A stretch of 64,000 nucleotides of DNA from Eledone cirrhosa (lineage: Eukaryota), in assembly GCA_964016885.1 (NCBI GenBank), contig CAXHJY010000628.1:35178-99177 (forward strand), read 5' to 3'. Below are positions 57,900 to 64,000 of the stretch, one piece after another; position 1 is the stretch's first letter; each line of letters begins with the position of its first letter. The translations under genes were made by a program, and so were the position numbers. Under the pieces are notes generated by a model. That model did not search any database and had not been told where the DNA came from. It worked only from the letters and a program-made list of their open reading frames with translations.

Positions 57900-58560
57900 C
57901 TTCTTCTTCCACGCACTTATTCCTGAGAGGATCATGGGGCAGTGACCTTAAAGATTCTCTTCAGCGAGTCCTGACAGAAGCAACCATCTCCAACTGATCC
58001 GGCTGGCTCCCCAAGCGTGACCAGCCAAGCTCACGGATGTTATCCAACCGTAAAATCTGTCCAGCGATTCTTTCCTGAGACATTCTAACTACATGCCCAT
58101 AATAGTAGAGCTGTGATCTCTCAATTCAGAGAATTAGCGACTCTACCTGGGGGGACTCTCTGATCTCCGAGCTACAGATCTGTCCAGTGATTCTTTCCTG
58201 AGACATTCTAACCACATGCCCGTAATATTAGAGCTGTGATCTCTCAATATGGAGAAGTAGTGGCTCTACCTGGAGCGACTCTCTGATCTCCGAGCTACAG
58301 ATCTGTCCAGTGATTCTTTCCTGAGACATTCTAACCACATGCCCGTAATATTAGAGCTGTGATCTCTCAATATGGAGAAGTAGTGGCTCTACCTGGAGCG
58401 ACTCTCTGATCTCGGAGCTACGCACTTTATCGAGTAACATTACTCCAAAGACCCATCGGAGGAATACGAATTCAGCCGCTTGTATTCACGATCGTATTCT
58501 TTCGGTCAATCCCCAAGACTCAAGACCATATGTTATTTCATGGTGTAAAAATACATCTAT
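57900..58560 (-). pseudogene. RTE-clade LINE 3' fragment with an internal 123-bp triplication
   Basis: IQAAEFVFLRWVFGVMLLDKVRSSEIRESLQVEPLLLHIERSQL*YYGHVVRMSQERITGQI; ATCTGTCCAG at 58055, 58178 and 58301. Confidence 0.85.
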
Positions 58561-59763
58561 GTTATCAGCGTCAAAATGAACGTATATTATCGGCTCTACT
58601 TGAAGAGACTCTCTGATCTGATGTATATAATACATAAATGTTAACTCGTGCTTTTTTATCAAAAGTTTTAGTTCCTTTCTCTTCTCATTCTGTATCTTTC
58701 TCTATCATCTTCCAATGAAAGACTAACGTCTCTTTTCCTACTATATCGAGCGTTAAACTAAAATATTTCTTCACTGTGCTATATTATTTTGCTGTGTTGT
58801 TTTCCGTTTACTTTTCACACACTAACACACACACACACACACATACACACACTTACTGACACACATACACACTCACACACACAGACACACTCACAGTTAT
58901 ACATATATATATATATATATATATTATATGTGTGTGTGAAAGAGGAAAGTTTGTTTGAAAGAGAGTGACGGTGGGAGAATCATGGTGCATTATATAGAAA
59001 GATAGATAGATAAATGATGAGAGATAGGAGGGAGACAGAGAAGGGGAGTCAAATAGAGAGAAAGAAAGGGAGAAAGAGAGAGACAGAGAGAGAGGGTGGG
59101 TGGGTGGGGGGGAATAAATAGAGACCAATACAAAATATAGACACACAAATAGTGTGTGTATATTTTGTATTAACAAAGTACCTGAAATGTCGAGCTTTAA
59201 GAGAAAGAGAAGGAAAGTGTGAGAGATAGATCGAGAGAATATCAGAAATATAGAGGTAGTTTACACCACAAACTTTGAAGTTCAAATTGAAATATTAGCA
59301 TCTCCGCCATATATGAAACGTTTACGGAACTACGTCATTTCCGTTTCTGCCAATCAATTGATCTGCTCTGAACTTTTCACCTTCCTGTCACCTTTTACCT
59401 TATATCCGATATATTTGGCAAACTACAGCCGGCTTTGGTGACACATTCTCCACAAGAAACGGTGCGCAAATACACCGCTATTTTACAGACGCAACTATGA
59501 TATGCCACCATTTTGAATATTCTGCAATGATTTATTTCTATCAATATTATTATCGGTAGAGGGTCAGAGGCCATGCTTTCCAGCATAGTTACGTCCCTTT
59601 ACGGTCTGAGTTCAAATCCCGTCGAGGTTAACTTTGCCTTTCATCCTTATGGGGTCGATAAAATAAAGGCCTTGTGCCAAAATTAGAAACAATTATTATT
59701 GCCCTTGTATTTTCCCCTAACGTCTTCGGTCATTGAGGTTAATAAAAGAAATCCTCATCATCC

Positions 59764-59817
<54 letters not shown>

Positions 59818-59974
59818 TTCACGTATAGAGTTACTGCCCTTGCCATTCTGAGTTCAAATCCCGCCGAGGTTAACTTTGCCTTTCATCCTTACGGGGTCGA
59901 TAAAATAAAGTACCAGTAATGCTCTTGGTAATTTCTGGCCTTGTGCCAAACGTAGAAACAATTATTATTATTAT

Positions 59975-60098
59975 TATTCTTTGAGTACAGTCATTGATAT
60001 TTAATTGGAAAGTTTGTTCATATGAACATCAAGCCGCTCCCTGCAGCCTCAGATATTCGGGACGTATCGGAGGGTTCTTGCTGTTCCCAGCAATCATG
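59975..60098 (-). pseudogene. R4-clade extreme 3' end
   Basis: LLGTARTLRYV (cf. LLGTARILRKV), followed by a short UTR running into (TAA)n. Confidence 0.5.
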
Positions 60099-61048
60099 CC
60101 TTTTGAAGCTCAAATCCCGCCGAGGTTAACTTTGCCTTTCATCCTTACGGGATCGATGAAATAAAGCACCAGTAATGCACTGGGTTCGATTTAATCGACT
60201 TTCCCCTTTCCCCAAATTACTGGCCTTGTGCCTATACAAGAAATCATTATTAGAATGAATACCACGGCGGTGGATTGGCAGTATCCGTAGAGGGGTGGAT
60301 AAAATAAAGTACCAGTAATGTACAGGGTTAATTGCTGGCCTTGTGCATCATCATCATCAACAGTAACCTTATCATTATCCTTATTATTATTAGTAGGGCG
60401 GAAAATTGGCAGTATCCGTAGAGGATCGGACACCATGCTTTATGACCATAGAGTTACGCCCCTTTACGGTCCGAGTTCAAATCCCGCCGAGGTTAACTTT
60501 GCCGTTCATCGTATGGGATCGATAAAATAAATGCACTGGGATAATTGCTGGCCTTGTGCCAAAAGTAGAAACAAATATAACGAATACCGCAAAGTATTCT
60601 ACCCGACGTACTAACCATTCAACCAATCACTCGTCTTCGCCACACTAGCATTCTAAATACTCTGAGCAATGGATAACAATGGACTAAACAAGTCGCTACA
60701 AAATGGCGGCCATCTGACTACAGCGTTTATCACTGAGAATTCCTCTGCTGTATAAACGAGGCACTTTATTGGAGACGAAATCAACACCAACCAAATAGAA
60801 TCCGTTCATCTTTACCTAACAGTATGTTCGTATGCATAGATGCACAGAAACAGACACAAACAATCACAGCCACATACAAACACACTACCAATGTTGTCCA
60901 ACGGAAATACAAAGGCCGACAGAGCTTGGCGCCAGTGACGTCACAACGCACTTTTTCCAGCTGAGTGAACTCAAGAAAACAAACCACCACCCAGTTCAGG
61001 AATCGAACTCATAACTTCACATTTGTGAGCCCATCAACCTAACCACTT

Positions 61049-61165
<117 letters not shown>

Positions 61166-61183
61166 ATATTATATATATATATA

Positions 61184-61224
<41 letters not shown>

Positions 61225-61357
61225 TATATATATATACTATATATATATATATATATTATATATATTATATTAATATATAATTATATATTAATATATATAT
61301 ATATATATATATATTAATATATATATATAATATATTATATATATATATATATATATA

Positions 61358-61404
<47 letters not shown>

Positions 61405-61443
61405 TACAAATATTAATAAAATAGATGTTCTTTTGATCAATTA

Positions 61444-61490
61444 CATTTTATTATACATATTTCAGAGGTACAACAGTACGTCCTCATCAT
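61444..61490 (-). ncRNA. 5'-clipped hammerhead motif, family B
   Basis: (A)UGAUGA-GGA C GUAC[UGUU]GUAC C UCU-GAAAUAUGUAUA-AUAAAAUG; the 5' strand of stem I is replaced by (TA)n. Confidence 0.55.
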
Positions 61491-61830
61491 ATATATATAT
61501 ATATACAAATTTTAGTACAGCATCAACGAAGCTTTTGGTAGCAGCCAAGCTAACGAATGCAGTTTTGGTGTGCAGCTAAGCACTCAATGGAGAATATTAC
61601 CCCAGAGTTATAACATTACGTTTAGACAGCTTTGCAAATCAAATACAGCGACCGATAGGCTGGCCGCTTAGACCATAGCGACGAAAAAGACTGAACTCAG
61701 GAAAAAAGTTTGATATATATATGCGAAGAGTAAACGGTTAAAACGCACTATATATATATATATGTATATATATATGCATGCATGTCTGTATATGTATGCA
61801 TATGTATGTGTACACAAGCATGTACGCCTG

Positions 61831-61871
<41 letters not shown>

Positions 61872-62163
61872 ATATATATATACATATATATGTGTGTGTA
61901 TACAAATGTATATCTAGGAATGTACATCTAAATTTATACATGAGTGTGTACGAAAAAAAAAAATATATATAAATATATATGTATATATTTGTGTGTGTTT
62001 GTGTGTGTGTGTGTATTGTGTGTGTGTGTATGTATGTGTGTGTGCATTTGACTCACATAATTTGTTTGTTTTTGGAGATGTGTCGCCAGGCATGTAAGAC
62101 TATATGTATGCGTGTTGTAAACATATTTTTAACTCCAAAATCTCCGTGGTTCATGTGCGCGCG

Positions 62164-62217
<54 letters not shown>

Positions 62218-62495
62218 CACGCACACACAAACAGCTTCTACTCTTGCCTCAGGTTGACCGATGCTTGTATGTGAAATTTGGTAAACGCTAACAGGGCATA
62301 TATATATATGTTTATGTGTGTGTAAAAGGCATGGAGAAATAACAACACAAACGGTATATATATATATATAGTATATACATATATATGTATATGTATATGT
62401 ATATATATATATAGTATATTATATATAATATTATATATATGTATATATATAGTATATGATATATAATATATATATGTGTATATACATATTATATA

Positions 62496-62549
<54 letters not shown>

Positions 62550-62587
62550 GTATATTATATATAATATATATATGTGTATATACATAC

Positions 62588-62648
<61 letters not shown>

Positions 62649-62649
62649 A

Positions 62650-62695
<46 letters not shown>

Positions 62696-62699
62696 ATAT

Positions 62700-62765
<66 letters not shown>

Positions 62766-62841
62766 CGTCCTTTTATTATCATATGTATATATAATATATT
62801 ATATATATATATTAGCCACAAAGATGCAATTCGATTTATAT

Positions 62842-62891
<50 letters not shown>

Positions 62892-63355
62892 ACATTACAT
62901 ACATACATACATATATACGTACACAGACATCACATTACCCACACACTACACATATACACAAAGACAGAAAAGAGGGAGAGAGAGAGAGAGAGATAGAGAG
63001 AGAGAGAAACACAGATAAACACAGAGAGACAACCAACAACAATAATAAGAGATAAGTATTTATAGTTGTCGAAGTCGTGGTGCTGACAAGCTGGGCCAGC
63101 CAAGATTTATTTCATCCATTAATAGAACAATCAGCCGAGTGGATGCTCTCAAATAACCTTACTTATATAACTGCTTACCACTTAACGTATCATATTTCAT
63201 CTGATCGCTGTTTTTCTTCCGTCATCAATTTAGTTACAATCTATTAGTTGTCGTTTAACAGCCAACTAAGCTAGTAGCTTGCCGAAGATGGCCGCCATCA
63301 ATGCGATTGTCAATGTCGTTACTGTCATATATTTTTACACAGCCGTGCCTCGCTC

Positions 63356-63391
<36 letters not shown>

Positions 63392-63417
63392 AGTCTTCAG
63401 TTATTCACTCTCTCTCT

Positions 63418-63493
<76 letters not shown>

Positions 63494-63643
63494 TCTCTGT
63501 CTTTCTCTCTCCATCACACACTCTCTATCTATCTGTGTAGGTCTTCAATTACTCTTTGTTTCTCTCTATCGCTTTACCTATCTTTTCTTTTTTCTCTCTC
63601 ACAGATACACCACACGCACACTATATATATATATATATATATG

Positions 63644-63698
<55 letters not shown>

Positions 63699-64000
63699 CG
63701 TGTCTGTGTGTGTGTGTATAAGTATATATATGTATGCATCTATGTGTATGTATGTATGTATATATATATATATACATATAAATATATATATATATATATA
63801 TGTTTGTATATTTGTGTGTGTTGTGTATGTGTGTATAAGTATATATGTATGTATCTATGTGTATGTATGTATATATGTATGCATCTATGTGTATGTATGT
63901 GTATATATATATATATATAATATATATGTATGTACATATAAATATCTATATATCTGTGTGTGTGCGTATATATATATATACAGAGAGAGAGAGATTTAGA

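Noticed and set aside
63280-63300. YY1-like AAGATGGCCG motif (also 60701, 25444, 31862) as a promoter
   Set aside because: Short motifs without CpG-island or transcript support

Overview
AT-rich eukaryotic DNA dominated by microsatellites ((TA)n, (TACA)n, (CA)n, (ACC)n, (GGT)n, (GAA)n, (TAG)n). I can support no host protein-coding gene, and almost every ORF in the track is a translated simple repeat. The tRNA-derived SINE and the microsatellite load resemble octopod (cephalopod) genomes; this is inference. The unique islands between microsatellites contain SINEs, decayed non-LTR retrotransposon fragments (RTE, R4-like, CRE-like, Tx1/L1-like) and a Helitron/Helentron-like element. Most notable is a dense population of short non-coding elements carrying type I hammerhead ribozyme motifs (CUGANGA...GAAA...NUH). 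I count about 25 intact or degenerate motifs by eye, in several sequence families with compensatory stem changes, mostly embedded in (TA)n. The best example is a near-identical 310-bp tandem array plus an inverted copy at 48205-49617, which has the architecture of a non-autonomous Penelope-like element or retrozyme. All ribozyme calls come from manual base-pairing, not from folding software or assays.
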